In this document: in pieces, positions 47,477-57,337 of the stretch
Position numbering within the stretch: position 1 is the stretch's first letter
Layout of the letters: each line of letters begins with the position of its first letter
DNA from: a virus
Length of the DNA: 64,000 nt
IMG/VR virus record: IMGVR_UViG_3300025534_000213
Coordinates: 1,576 to 65,575 of that record
Direction: 5' to 3' (one strand)
Translations under genes and position numbers: made by a program
The notes under the pieces: model-generated
Seen by the model: the letters and a program-made list of their open reading frames with translations, nothing else
The model's database searches: none
Told to the model about the DNA's origin: nothing

Positions 47477-48007
47477 ATGCATCCGATTTCGAAGCTCAAC
47501 TTCGGCCCCGAAGTGGGCAAGATCGCAATCCGCTACCATAACGGCACGGAAGTGGTGTCCGGCTATATCGTCAAGCAGCTTGGCTCGGTGACCTACCGCG
47601 TGACCACCGACGGCGTCACCACCTATGATGTTCGCCTTGCGCAGACCTCCGCCGAGGCGGCGGCTCTTGTCGCGGGAATGGCGACCATCGATGGCACCTT
47701 CAACTCGGCGGCGGTCGTGGTGGCGAAGCTCACCACGTTCCAATGCCGTCTCGCCAGCAGCACCGCTTTGGTGCCGTGGACCCTTGTTCCGGGTGATGCG
47801 TCCCGCGTGCTGATCACGACGATTACCGAGAACTCCGGCGATGACGGGTCCGGCGATGATGGCACTGGCGATGACGGTACTGGTGATGACGGTACTGGCG
47901 ATGACGAGACCGGTGGCGAGACCGGTGGCGATGGGACCGGTGATGAGGGTACCGGTGGCGAAACCGGTGGTGAGGAACCCGGCGGAGAGGAAACTCCGGA
48001 GGGCTAA
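47477..48007 (+). CDS. putative virion protein with Gly/Asp/Thr/Glu repeat tail
   Basis: GYIVKQLGS..YRV N-domain; GDDGT-like x5 and GGET repeats (15-nt tandem units from 47837). Confidence 0.65.
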   Translation: MHPISKLNFGPEVGKIAIRYHNGTEVVSGYIVKQLGSVTYRVTTDGVTTYDVRLAQTSAEAAALVAGMATIDGTFNSAAVVVAKLTTFQCRLASSTALVPWTLVPGDASRVLITTITENSGDDGSGDDGTGDDGTGDDGTGDDETGGETGGDGTGDEGTGGETGGEEPGGEETPEG

Positions 48008-48015
48008 GGGAAAGG

Positions 48016-48047
48016 AAAACGGTCCGTGGGCATCCACGGTCCGTTTT
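48016..48047. terminator. bidirectional terminator
   Basis: AAAACGGtCCGTGG-gcat-CCACGGtCCGTTTT between convergent genes. Confidence 0.7.
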
Positions 48048-48058
48048 GCATTCCGGGG

Positions 48059-51000
48059 TTAGCGGATGCGCAGATTCGCGGGCGTGTTCGAGTTGATCAG
48101 CACCACGTCCGAGACCTGCGCGGTGGAGAGGAAAATCTCGTCCGAGCGGCAGGCCACCTCGAACCCATCGCCGAAGCTCGCCGAGGCGTTGAGCGGCACG
48201 ATCACACAGCTACCGATCAGCGTGGCAAGCTGCTGGTGGATGTAGGCGGCAAGCTCGGTGTAGTAGAAGGTCTCGCCAAAATCCCAGTTGTCCACCGAGA
48301 AGAATTCGTTGATCGCCCGGATAACGCGGGTCTTGATCTCGCCGTCGCTGACCGAGGCATTCGGCAGGCGGACCACCTTGAAGGTCGCCCGCAACTCGTC
48401 CGCAGCGCCATTTCCGAACAGCAGCTTGTAGCGCACCGGGCGCCAGACAATCTGATCGGAGAACATGCGGTACTGGTCGAGTGAATTGAAGGCGACACGG
48501 AGGTCGAACTCCGATGGCGGCTTCGGCATGGTGGCCGGATTAGCCCCATCCGTCACCCACTGCCGCATGGCGGCATCATAGGTGTAGGTCAGGACAAACA
48601 TGTCGTGGATGTTCGTCGAGGCCGGGTCGATCCGGTGGTTGGACGGCGCGTAGTGCTTCCAGTGGAAAGCGATGGTGTTGCCATAGGGCTGCACGACGGT
48701 CAGGCCAGTCTCCTCCTCGGATGCCTGCGGCGGCGCGATCCACTTGGCGCCCACATTCGGGCCACGTCCGATGGCATAGCGGTAGGTGCCGGAGAAATCC
48801 TGATCCCAGCCGGTCTCGGTCTTGATCCAGAAAGTGTTCCGACGGAGCGTCGAAGGGCTGCTGATCTGGAAGGCGACGGTGCCGGTCGGGGGCTGCGGAT
48901 CATATTCCTGACGCAGGTTCTCGGCCGTAAAGACCCACACGCCGCCGCCGGGGAGATCGGCCGAGGGGATCAGTGGCGTCTCATAGGGCGTCGAGACCCG
49001 CTTCCAGAACAGATAGGAATTCGCCTCGGCCGAGGACACCACCCGGAAGAACGTATCCGGGTCATCAGGGAAGCCATCGCCATCGCTGTCGGTGAATGTC
49101 ACCTTCGTGCGGCGCGGCTCCGGTGCGCCATTCGAGTAGAACCAGAGCTTGTCGATACCGAGGTCGAAGTCGCGCCGCAGCGCCCGCCCCGACGGCTCCC
49201 CGGCGATCAGGTCGTTCAGGTTCTCATTGATGCGCATGATGCGCACGAGGTCCTTGCTCGCCACGCCGGTCTGAGTATCGGTAGCGCGGGAGCCGTCATC
49301 GTACCATTCGACCGCCCTGAGGCTTTCGAACACGTAGCGCATCCCGCGCCCGGCGACGCGCCAGAGTCCGGGCACGAAGTCCACCGTCATCAGGAGGACT
49401 TCGGTCCCGCCGATCCCGGTGAAGGCATCCTCGCCGAGCGAGGTCTGCTGCGGGCCTACGGACCATTTTCCGCCCGCATTGCCGTAGTCGTAGGACAGCG
49501 AGAAGGACAGACGCTTCTCGATCTTGTCCTTGATGGCGTTGATGATCTCGATGGGCAGTTCCGCGACGAAGCGGGGGATGATGGCAAGCACTTGGGCGCC
49601 ATCGGCGACACTGTCCGTGAGGGTCACGGGGCCGGGGAGGGATGCGGCAGGCCGGTGCGTGATGCTGCCGCTCACGCCGACAATGCCGACCCATCGCGGT
49701 TCGGCGGTGCCCTCCTGCACCTGAATCATGGCTCCCGGCAGGATGAGGTCATGCAGTGACGAGAAGTAGCCCGTGCTGCTGAAATTGCTGGCCTGCACCT
49801 TGCGCCAGATCAGTCCGGTGGGGCGCAGATTGGCCCGCTCGATGGCCTGCGTATCTCGGGTGCGGGCGACATACAGGTCGCGCACGGCGTTCAGCATCTC
49901 GACGCTGCGGAGCATCGGCTGGATGGTGTTGCCGATGATCTCGTCCGGCGTGCGGTTCAGGACCACGGGCACCTCGGTATAGAGGTCCACCCGTTCCTTG
50001 AAGAAGATGCCATCGTCGGCGTAGATGCTGAGATCGCGGTAGGTGCCGGTCGGGTCATTCAGGTCGATGTAGCGCGAGTGACCCGAATAGACGCGGTTGA
50101 CCGCCTTGAGCTTGACCGCAAGATTCGTCGAGAGCGGGAAGGTGTTGTAGTCCTCGCCCGATACCATGCGGTTCTGCGTCGCGTAGACCAGCGGGGCGCG
50201 CTGCCTGATCTGGTCCGTGGTCTCCGCCGCCGCCGCGTTCGCCACGGTTTCGAACAGCGAGAAGGTCAGATACAGGGTGCGCGGCGCGCCCGAGCGGTTG
50301 ATATAGGAGATCGGAATCCGGATGCGGTCGATCTCCTGCGGCTTGATCGTGTAGGTCAGGCCATTGGAGACGCGGTAGGTGACGCGGATATTGCCGGTCG
50401 GCGCGTTGCCGAAGCGCCCATCGGAGAAGCGGATGCTGATCGCATCCTGATCTCGCGTGATGACCGAGAAGATGTTGCGCTGATCGACGGGAAGGTTATT
50501 GTAGGTGATATTCGAGCTAAGCACCGCCGGGACCTTGATCCAGTCGGTCATCACCGTCCCGTCGTCATCGACGGTCTGCACCCATACGTCGTTCTGGTTC
50601 ACCCCCGTGGTCGGGATGTCGATCAGCAGGTTCTCGACCGGGGAGGGGATGTTGTAGACATTCGAGTTGGTGACGCCCTGCTTGAACAGCAGGAAGAACC
50701 CGTTCCGGTCGCTGGCGTAGCCATTGCTGTCGTTGAGATAGTACATGTGGAACGCCGCCGCCGGGTTCGGGGTGCGTTCCTTGAGCGTGCCGCCATCGTC
50801 GAAGTCGCCATTGCAGACCTCGAAGGTCATGGCGGACCCCATGACGTTCGCCGTGAAGCCGAGATTGCTCGCGGAGGCCCGGCCGTTCACCCGGTAAAGC
50901 TGCACCGGGATGGACGCCACAGTGCCCGTCTTGAGCGGCACGCCAAAGGGGTTCGTCGTGACGAAGGCGTTGTTGAGGATGGCGGTGAAACGTTCGAACC

Positions 51001-51451
51001 AGTTCGGATCGTCCGGGTTGTTCCAGATCACCGGGGTGTTGGCGAGATTGGTGCCGAAACTGTCGGTGACGTAATCGTCGGTCGAGACCTCGACGATCTT
51101 GACCACGCCGGTCGCGGGCAGGCAACGCGAGGGGTTGTAACTGAGGAAGCGGGCGAGGCGGAGGACGGACTCGCGGGCCTCGGCGGTCTCAAGGAAGTTC
51201 TCGCGCGCGGCAAGGTCGGTCTTGAGGGCAAGGTTGCCCGCGAGCCACGACAGCAGGTCGATGATCGCGACGAATTCGGAGTTCTCGATCCAGTCGTTGA
51301 AATCTTCCGGGTAATTGGTGCGGATATAGTCGCGCAGCGCCCGGTTGATGGACGGCGGGTCACTGGCGTTGAAGTTCACCTCGACGAAGGCACGATAGAG
51401 TACCTGCCAGTCCTGCCCGGCGAACAACTCACTCTGCCGCGTGCTTTGCAT
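48059..51451 (-). CDS. baseplate wedge protein (T4 gp6-like)
   Basis: YPEDFNDWIENSEF.AIIDL, ARENFLETAE.RESVLRLA..LSYNP, IRFSDG.FG..P, ET.DQIR.RAP..Y.TQNRMVSGEDY. Confidence 0.85.
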   Translation of the reverse strand: MQSTRQSELFAGQDWQVLYRAFVEVNFNASDPPSINRALRDYIRTNYPEDFNDWIENSEFVAIIDLLSWLAGNLALKTDLAARENFLETAEARESVLRLARFLSYNPSRCLPATGVVKIVEVSTDDYVTDSFGTNLANTPVIWNNPDDPNWFERFTAILNNAFVTTNPFGVPLKTGTVASIPVQLYRVNGRASASNLGFTANVMGSAMTFEVCNGDFDDGGTLKERTPNPAAAFHMYYLNDSNGYASDRNGFFLLFKQGVTNSNVYNIPSPVENLLIDIPTTGVNQNDVWVQTVDDDGTVMTDWIKVPAVLSSNITYNNLPVDQRNIFSVITRDQDAISIRFSDGRFGNAPTGNIRVTYRVSNGLTYTIKPQEIDRIRIPISYINRSGAPRTLYLTFSLFETVANAAAAETTDQIRQRAPLVYATQNRMVSGEDYNTFPLSTNLAVKLKAVNRVYSGHSRYIDLNDPTGTYRDLSIYADDGIFFKERVDLYTEVPVVLNRTPDEIIGNTIQPMLRSVEMLNAVRDLYVARTRDTQAIERANLRPTGLIWRKVQASNFSSTGYFSSLHDLILPGAMIQVQEGTAEPRWVGIVGVSGSITHRPAASLPGPVTLTDSVADGAQVLAIIPRFVAELPIEIINAIKDKIEKRLSFSLSYDYGNAGGKWSVGPQQTSLGEDAFTGIGGTEVLLMTVDFVPGLWRVAGRGMRYVFESLRAVEWYDDGSRATDTQTGVASKDLVRIMRINENLNDLIAGEPSGRALRRDFDLGIDKLWFYSNGAPEPRRTKVTFTDSDGDGFPDDPDTFFRVVSSAEANSYLFWKRVSTPYETPLIPSADLPGGGVWVFTAENLRQEYDPQPPTGTVAFQISSPSTLRRNTFWIKTETGWDQDFSGTYRYAIGRGPNVGAKWIAPPQASEEETGLTVVQPYGNTIAFHWKHYAPSNHRIDPASTNIHDMFVLTYTYDAAMRQWVTDGANPATMPKPPSEFDLRVAFNSLDQYRMFSDQIVWRPVRYKLLFGNGAADELRATFKVVRLPNASVSDGEIKTRVIRAINEFFSVDNWDFGETFYYTELAAYIHQQLATLIGSCVIVPLNASASFGDGFEVACRSDEIFLSTAQVSDVVLINSNTPANLRIR

Positions 51452-51849
51452 CAAACATTACCTTCTGAAATCTGGCGGTCCTCGAAACTCGCCGAGAAAG
51501 TGTCGATTACGTCGAATGGCCGGAAGCGCAGCGTGATGTCCACCCGCACGCCTTGGTCCAACTGGTAGACCTGCACGTCGAGCACCTCGACGCGGCTGTC
51601 GGTCTCGCAGATGCGGACGGCCTCCTGCGTGATCATGTCCCGCAGGCCGGGGGTGAGCGGTTCCATGAACCACTCCCAGATGCGGCAGCCGTAATCCGGC
51701 CGCATGACGCGCTCGCCAATGCGCGTCATGAAGGCGTTCATGAGGTCCTGCTTGATCAGGGCGATGTCGCTCAGGCGGGTATTGCCCGTGCGCTCGGCGC
51801 CGACCGTGGAGAACCCAACAAAGGTCTGGGGTGTGCTGCTGTAGGACAT
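51451..51849 (-). CDS. baseplate wedge subunit (T4 gp25-like)
   Basis: LIKQDLMN.F.TR.GERVM.PDYGC.IW...EPL...DSRV. Confidence 0.9.
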   Translation of the reverse strand: MSYSSTPQTFVGFSTVGAERTGNTRLSDIALIKQDLMNAFMTRIGERVMRPDYGCRIWEWFMEPLTPGLRDMITQEAVRICETDSRVEVLDVQVYQLDQGVRVDITLRFRPFDVIDTFSASFEDRQISEGNV

Positions 51850-51869
51850 TCGGAAATCCAATCTCACCG

Positions 51870-51876
51870 TATTTAT
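51870..51876 (-). promoter_or_regulatory. T4-like late promoter core
   Basis: ATAAATA 20 nt upstream of ATG 51849. Confidence 0.6.
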
Positions 51877-51927
51877 CCGGTCGTTATGCACGATGTTTAT
51901 CGGTGAGGCGGATCGAGCCCGTGCCCC

Positions 51928-53991
51928 TTACCCGGCGGTCGGCGGCTGGCGCGGCGGCGCGCTTGCCTCCACGGTCTCGCCGGACGATCCCCGGTCGCAG
52001 GGCGGCGGGAGCCCGTACTGGCTCGCATAGGCAGCCGCCCGGCCATTCATGTTGCTCTCGATGCTTTTGTAGACCTCGCCCACGGTCTTGGGCGTGCCGT
52101 CCCTGTTGTAGAAGATCGAGCGATTGGCCCGCGCGGCAGCCGGAAGCAGGTCGGCGGCGGAGGCATTCGGGTTCTGCTGGTTCGCCCGGATCAGGGTGGT
52201 GGCGCCGCCCCCGCCGAGGAAGTGGCACATGTAAAGCTGGCCGGGGCTCGGGTCGGTCACCCCCGCGCGGCGCAGGACCGCCATGTTCTCCTGCGTGTAT
52301 CGTGCTCCCATCAAGGCATTGGCACGGGCGGAAAAGACATCGCCTCTCCCGACATTGTCCTGCCCGCCGTAGCGGGCGACCATCGCATCCCATGTCCCGT
52401 CAATGAATTGATAGAGGCCCTTGGCGCTGCTGGTCCGGGCGGCGGCCTGTGGATTGAAGCCGCTTTCCCGGTCGGCCATCGCCAGCATGTAGCTCATCGG
52501 CACGCCGGTCCTGTCGCAGGCTTCCTTAATGGCGTTGAACGTCTCGTTGGATACGGCGCGCGTGCCAACTCCCAGCGGACAGCGGGTACCGTCCATAGGT
52601 TCGTTGACGATCCGTTCCCCTTCGCCGGTCTGCACGGATCGCTGCGGCGTCGCGGTCGTCACGTCACCGTCGCTGACGTGCCCGGTGCGGCTCATCGCGC
52701 GGCGGTAGTCCTCCTCCGTCATCCCCTCGCCTTGGGCGGGCGGCAGGTCGGCGCGGGGATGCCCCACCCATGGCTCATGCGTCGGCATCCGGCTGGTGAT
52801 GGTGTTGGTGAGGCTGCCGCCCTTGTCGGCCGTCGCCTTGCCCTGCGGCACCTGCGCGGCCGGAGCATCGGCCGCCGGGGCGGGGCTGCCGTTGTCGGAG
52901 ATGCGCGCTGCCGAGCGGACATGGTTGCCGCCCGCGAGCATGGAGGTGTCGCCGCCCGACTGGACGCGGAGCGCCCCGCCCGCATAGACGATCCGGTCGC
53001 CTTCCACCCGGAGGCTGGCGGCATCGGCGGACTGGATCAGGTTCTTGCCGACGCCCATGACCGTGTTCCGGCCGGAGGACGTGTTGATGTCGAGCCCGGA
53101 CCGCATGAAGATGTTCTGGCCCGCATCGAAGATGATGTTCTGGTCGGCACGGAAGTTGATGTCCTTCTCGGCCCGCACGCTCACGGAATTCGCCGAATAG
53201 ATGTCAACGCCGGAATCGGAAATCTCGACCCAAGCATTGCCGTCCTTCGAGTTGATGTAGACATAGCCGGTGGTCTCATGGATGAGCACCTGCGCGCCGC
53301 TGCGCGTGCGCAGCCGGATGAACTCGTTCGCCTCGTTGTCGTCGATGCTGATGCTGTTCCCGCGCGGCGTCAGCAGGCCATACGCCTTCGAGGGAGCCTC
53401 GCGGCGGGCCGAGGTCGAGGCCGGGCCGCGTTCGTAGTCGCGCGCAAGGCCCTGCTTCACCAGACCGTCGGCGAGGGCGCGAAAGGTCGGCCGGGCGGGA
53501 GCGGTGGTGTTGTTCGCATTCGATTTGTTGTATTCGGCCACGGGCGGCAGGACCGTGTCGTCGCCCGTGCGGTCCGTGGAGACATTCGCCGCGATGCCCG
53601 GAACCATGTGGTTCATGTTCTGCTGCCACAGGCACGCGAACCAGAAGCCGCGCGAGGTATCGCCATTCACGAAGCAGACCAGAACCTCGTTGTTGATGTC
53701 CGGCGGCACCGCCCAGAAGCCATAGGATTTCTGGGTGCCGTCCTCGGTCTGGTCATCCTTGATGTCGCGGAAGTTGGTCGCGCCCGCGAAAGGCGAGGCA
53801 TAGCTGACCACGAACCATGTGGACGGGTTCGAGGCATCGCCGCCAAGCTCCGGAATATAGACTGCAAGCCGTCCCATGCGCTGTGCGTCATCGTTCTTCT
53901 TGACGATGCCGATATAAATGCCGTTGTTGCGGATAACACCGGCCGCCGAATCGGTGGAGAGGCCGCTGGGAATATGGTTGAACGAAGTCAT
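51928..53991 (-). CDS. baseplate hub/spike protein (gp5/VgrG-like OB fold + beta repeats) with C-terminal lytic transglycosylase
   Basis: GIVK.NDD..RMGRL.VYIP, YGFWAVPPD...EVLV.F..GD, IRLRT.SG.Q; C-terminal RESGFNP.A...SSAKGLYQFIDGTW. Confidence 0.85.
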   Translation of the reverse strand: MTSFNHIPSGLSTDSAAGVIRNNGIYIGIVKKNDDAQRMGRLAVYIPELGGDASNPSTWFVVSYASPFAGATNFRDIKDDQTEDGTQKSYGFWAVPPDINNEVLVCFVNGDTSRGFWFACLWQQNMNHMVPGIAANVSTDRTGDDTVLPPVAEYNKSNANNTTAPARPTFRALADGLVKQGLARDYERGPASTSARREAPSKAYGLLTPRGNSISIDDNEANEFIRLRTRSGAQVLIHETTGYVYINSKDGNAWVEISDSGVDIYSANSVSVRAEKDINFRADQNIIFDAGQNIFMRSGLDINTSSGRNTVMGVGKNLIQSADAASLRVEGDRIVYAGGALRVQSGGDTSMLAGGNHVRSAARISDNGSPAPAADAPAAQVPQGKATADKGGSLTNTITSRMPTHEPWVGHPRADLPPAQGEGMTEEDYRRAMSRTGHVSDGDVTTATPQRSVQTGEGERIVNEPMDGTRCPLGVGTRAVSNETFNAIKEACDRTGVPMSYMLAMADRESGFNPQAAARTSSAKGLYQFIDGTWDAMVARYGGQDNVGRGDVFSARANALMGARYTQENMAVLRRAGVTDPSPGQLYMCHFLGGGGATTLIRANQQNPNASAADLLPAAARANRSIFYNRDGTPKTVGEVYKSIESNMNGRAAAYASQYGLPPPCDRGSSGETVEASAPPRQPPTAG

Positions 53992-54017
53992 CTTCTGAAA
54001 TCAGCCTTACGGTACGG

Positions 54018-57000
54018 TCAGACGCTACCGCCGGAGTTCGAGGGCAGGCGGATGTTGCGTGCGATTTCGAGCACCTTCTGCCCGTATGCCGGGTCGGTCG
54101 CGTAACCCGACCGGCCAAGCGCGGCGGCCTGCGCCTCAAGCGAACCGCCACTTGCTGCAATCTGCCGAAGCTCGCTGTAACGTGGATTGCTGTTGATGAA
54201 GCTGGCATATCCACGGAAGCTCTCGGCCGGGCTCTGATAGGTCCGGAAGCTGTCACGGACCGGAACCGGGATACCATTGACGAACTCGGTGGTCGCCTGT
54301 ACTGCCCCGGCACCCTTGATGCCAAAATAGTTGTTGTTCGGCGCTCTCCTGCCCCATCCGGTTTCCAAGGCGGACTGCGCCAGAATGATGCGTGGATCGA
54401 TACCGGTCGCCGCAGAAGCCTCCTGCGCGTACCCGGAGAACTCGCGGATGAACGCCGCCTTGTCGCCGTTGGTCTGGACCGTGACGGCCGGACCCGCATT
54501 GGCTGCTGCACTCGTAGGCTGCGCTTGATCCTCCCCGACCGGACGAAGTCCGGTCTCGTTGTCCGGCGCGGTAGCACCGGAGGCAGCCGAAAAGGCGCGG
54601 GCCACGTCGATCAGCGGCAGGATGTCGGCGTCGAGTGTCATCCTGAACTGGCCGCCCGAGAAGATGGAATCCACCTTTTTCACCCGGTAGATGCCGTTGA
54701 ACACCTCGTTCGGCCGGAATTGCGGGGCGAAATCGTCCCCGACGCCGAAGGGGTAGCGGAAGGTCAGCAAGAATGTCTGGTCGCCCTGAAACCAGTCAGG
54801 CAGGGACGGCGTCTCCCGGCTCAGCGCCGCCTGCGCCTGCGCGTTGGTCGCCTGTCCCCGAAGGAGCGGCAGGCGCGCAAGATTGGACAGGCCGAGCCAG
54901 TAGGGGTCGCCGCGCACATTCAGCTTGATGTTGATAAGCTGCGTCTGCACCGGACCGTTAAGCTGTTCAAGCACGCAGCCGAACAGCGAGCGGTCGCGGT
55001 GCGCGGCGCCGCCGAGGCCGATGCCCGCATTGTTTTCTGGTTCGCGGTTGGTCTGGATCACCGAGATGGGCCGCACCTCGGGCGGGATGCGCAGGGTCGG
55101 CGGACGCTCGTTCCGCTCGAACAGGACCTCGGAATACTCCTTGTACTGACCCATAATCGAGTTTTGCCGGTTCCAGAGGTCAAGACGGTCGTTTTCCGCT
55201 TCGCGTCGCTGCGCCAGCCGCACGGCAAGCTGGTTTCTTTCGGTGACGAGGCTCTCCCGCTGCGCCCGCTTCGGGTCGAGGATCGCGCTCAACTGCTGGC
55301 GCTGCTCGGAGGTGGGGTTTCCGCCGAATCTCTGCGACTCCTGCGTGATCTCGGTGTCGATCTCGGCGATCTGCTTTTCCAGTTCACGCAGGCGCGTGTC
55401 GATATCGGTCTCGACGCGATTGCCGGTCTGGCTGACCGCACCGGGGTGCAGGCGAGCCGTCGAACTGGGCTGCTGCGCATCGACCTCGATATTGGCGCCT
55501 TCCATCTGCGGGATGATGGCGTTCCATTTGAAGTTGTAGGCGACATCGAAGTCGATGACCTCGGTGTTCTGCCCCGTGAACAGGTAGTCGTACCGCTTGC
55601 GCAGGAAGTTCTTGTTGAACAGGGCCATGACCATCTGCCGCTGCACCTCGTCATCGCGGGCGTCATCGCGCTGTTTGACCGAGGTCACGGCCGCCTGCGT
55701 GACGTGCGGGCGGATGTGCAGCGTGATCTCGCGCACATACTGATCGCTGTAGTAGTCGAAGCCGGTGATCTTGATGTCGGATTCGATGCGGAACACGACG
55801 GATTCACGGAAACGGCGGGCATTGGCGTGGCCCGCCTCGCCGTCGGTGGCCGTCGCGCGGTTGTCGCGGTCGAGCGCGAGGTGCTGACCCTCCTCCGAGT
55901 TCGCAATCATGAAATCGAACAACTGGGTGAGGGAGGTTCCGCGATTCACCTGCGCGAGCATCTGCCCGTCCTTCGTGTCCATCGACAGGTTGCGGGCCGG
56001 ATTGCGGTCCTGCTCGCGCGGCTTGACGGTGAACCGCGCCGGATCGGCTCCCTGATACGCGGGCGCGTTGCTCGGGATCGGGTAGAAGATCGGGTCGTTG
56101 AACTTGACAATGTTGGCGCCATAGCGGGCGCGCCAGTTGTCGGTTAGCTGCTTGGCAAGGTTGCGCGCCATTTCGCCGAGCGTGTTCCCGGCGATGGTCA
56201 TGTTCTCCTTGATGCGCAGAAGCTCGGTGTCGAAGGCGCTGTCATTGAACAGCATCGCGGTGATGGTGTAATGGCCGCCGCTGCTGTCGAATTGCACTTC
56301 GACATTGGTGAACTGCAACTGCCAAATCCAGCGACCGCCGGTTCCGCCGTAGTCCGCCAGCGGGTTACCGACATAGTTGCCGTTCTCGTCGTAGGCCCGG
56401 AAGGTGAGTTCGAGGTAGTAGGGGCACTTCGTGCGGTTGCGGATGCCGAGCTTGAGCGTCGCGGCCTTGATGCTGTCGAGGAAGCCGACGCCGTAGGGTT
56501 CGGTGATCTTGATCGTCACCTTGGACATATTGACATTGTGCGTCTGGGCGTTCGGCCCGACGGTGGATTCCATGGTGACTTCGGTGATCGAGTATGCCGT
56601 CACCCCGCTTTCGGCGATGATGACGGTCGGGATCGAGTCCAACGCCTGAAACAGCGCGGTCGCATTCGTCGGATTTCCCGCCTGCGTGTAGATGTCCTCG
56701 TCCTTGGCGAGGAACAGGCGGAAGTGGTAGGCGACCTGATGGTAGCCGTTCAGCGGGTTCGGCTGATACCGGTCCTGCGCGAGGAAATCCAAAAGGGAGT
56801 TCATCTGCGCCTGCGTCACCGGCTGCGGCGCCACGGGGGTGGCGCCGCTGGACTGGGACTGGGATTCGACCTCGCGGGGTGCCGGGGTGGCCGGAGAGGC
56901 GGGCGAGCCACCGGTCTCGGTGGAATTGCCGCCGATGCGGGCGAGAGCGGCGGTCCCGGCCACGGCGGCGGCCGTCGGGACGAGGGCGCCTCGCGCCGGG

Positions 57001-57026
57001 GGAGTGCTGCTGCCGATGCGCGCCAT
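54018..57026 (-). CDS. baseplate hub/tail protein with C-terminal GH73 (FlgJ-like) glucosaminidase
   Basis: IAESGVT, I.EPYG..FLD, VRGDPYWL, GIYRV.KV.S.F..GQF; C-terminal AQSALETGWG, NNYFGIKG, GYATDPAY. Confidence 0.8.
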   Translation of the reverse strand: MARIGSSTPPARGALVPTAAAVAGTAALARIGGNSTETGGSPASPATPAPREVESQSQSSGATPVAPQPVTQAQMNSLLDFLAQDRYQPNPLNGYHQVAYHFRLFLAKDEDIYTQAGNPTNATALFQALDSIPTVIIAESGVTAYSITEVTMESTVGPNAQTHNVNMSKVTIKITEPYGVGFLDSIKAATLKLGIRNRTKCPYYLELTFRAYDENGNYVGNPLADYGGTGGRWIWQLQFTNVEVQFDSSGGHYTITAMLFNDSAFDTELLRIKENMTIAGNTLGEMARNLAKQLTDNWRARYGANIVKFNDPIFYPIPSNAPAYQGADPARFTVKPREQDRNPARNLSMDTKDGQMLAQVNRGTSLTQLFDFMIANSEEGQHLALDRDNRATATDGEAGHANARRFRESVVFRIESDIKITGFDYYSDQYVREITLHIRPHVTQAAVTSVKQRDDARDDEVQRQMVMALFNKNFLRKRYDYLFTGQNTEVIDFDVAYNFKWNAIIPQMEGANIEVDAQQPSSTARLHPGAVSQTGNRVETDIDTRLRELEKQIAEIDTEITQESQRFGGNPTSEQRQQLSAILDPKRAQRESLVTERNQLAVRLAQRREAENDRLDLWNRQNSIMGQYKEYSEVLFERNERPPTLRIPPEVRPISVIQTNREPENNAGIGLGGAAHRDRSLFGCVLEQLNGPVQTQLINIKLNVRGDPYWLGLSNLARLPLLRGQATNAQAQAALSRETPSLPDWFQGDQTFLLTFRYPFGVGDDFAPQFRPNEVFNGIYRVKKVDSIFSGGQFRMTLDADILPLIDVARAFSAASGATAPDNETGLRPVGEDQAQPTSAAANAGPAVTVQTNGDKAAFIREFSGYAQEASAATGIDPRIILAQSALETGWGRRAPNNNYFGIKGAGAVQATTEFVNGIPVPVRDSFRTYQSPAESFRGYASFINSNPRYSELRQIAASGGSLEAQAAALGRSGYATDPAYGQKVLEIARNIRLPSNSGGSV

Positions 57027-57028
57027 GC

Positions 57029-57334
57029 TCAGCCCCCGAGCACGCGGCGCAGGTAGTCGGCGGACGGCACCATGATGGTCAGGCCCGCCTTGAATTCCCA
57101 GATCGGGTCCCGGCGCAGGAAGGGATTGCGGATGGCGAACACCCAGTAATAGGCCGGAGTACCGTAAAGCTCATAGGAGAGTAGGTCCGGACGGTACTGG
57201 TGCTTGGCCTGCAAGGTGAAGGGGCGGTCGCCGGAATCGGGCGGGATCGCCCGGTGCTGATAGCGGCCGATGCGCCAACTGGTCTGGTCGGTAGTCGCGT
57301 AGGGGGAGGTGTTGGGATAGTTGACGTAAGGCAT
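57029..57334 (-). CDS. baseplate wedge subunit (T4 gp53-like, LysM-related)
   Basis: YRPDLLSYELYGTP.YYWVF..RN...DPI.EF..G..I.VP. Confidence 0.8.
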   Translation of the reverse strand: MPYVNYPNTSPYATTDQTSWRIGRYQHRAIPPDSGDRPFTLQAKHQYRPDLLSYELYGTPAYYWVFAIRNPFLRRDPIWEFKAGLTIMVPSADYLRRVLGG

Positions 57335-57337
57335 TTC

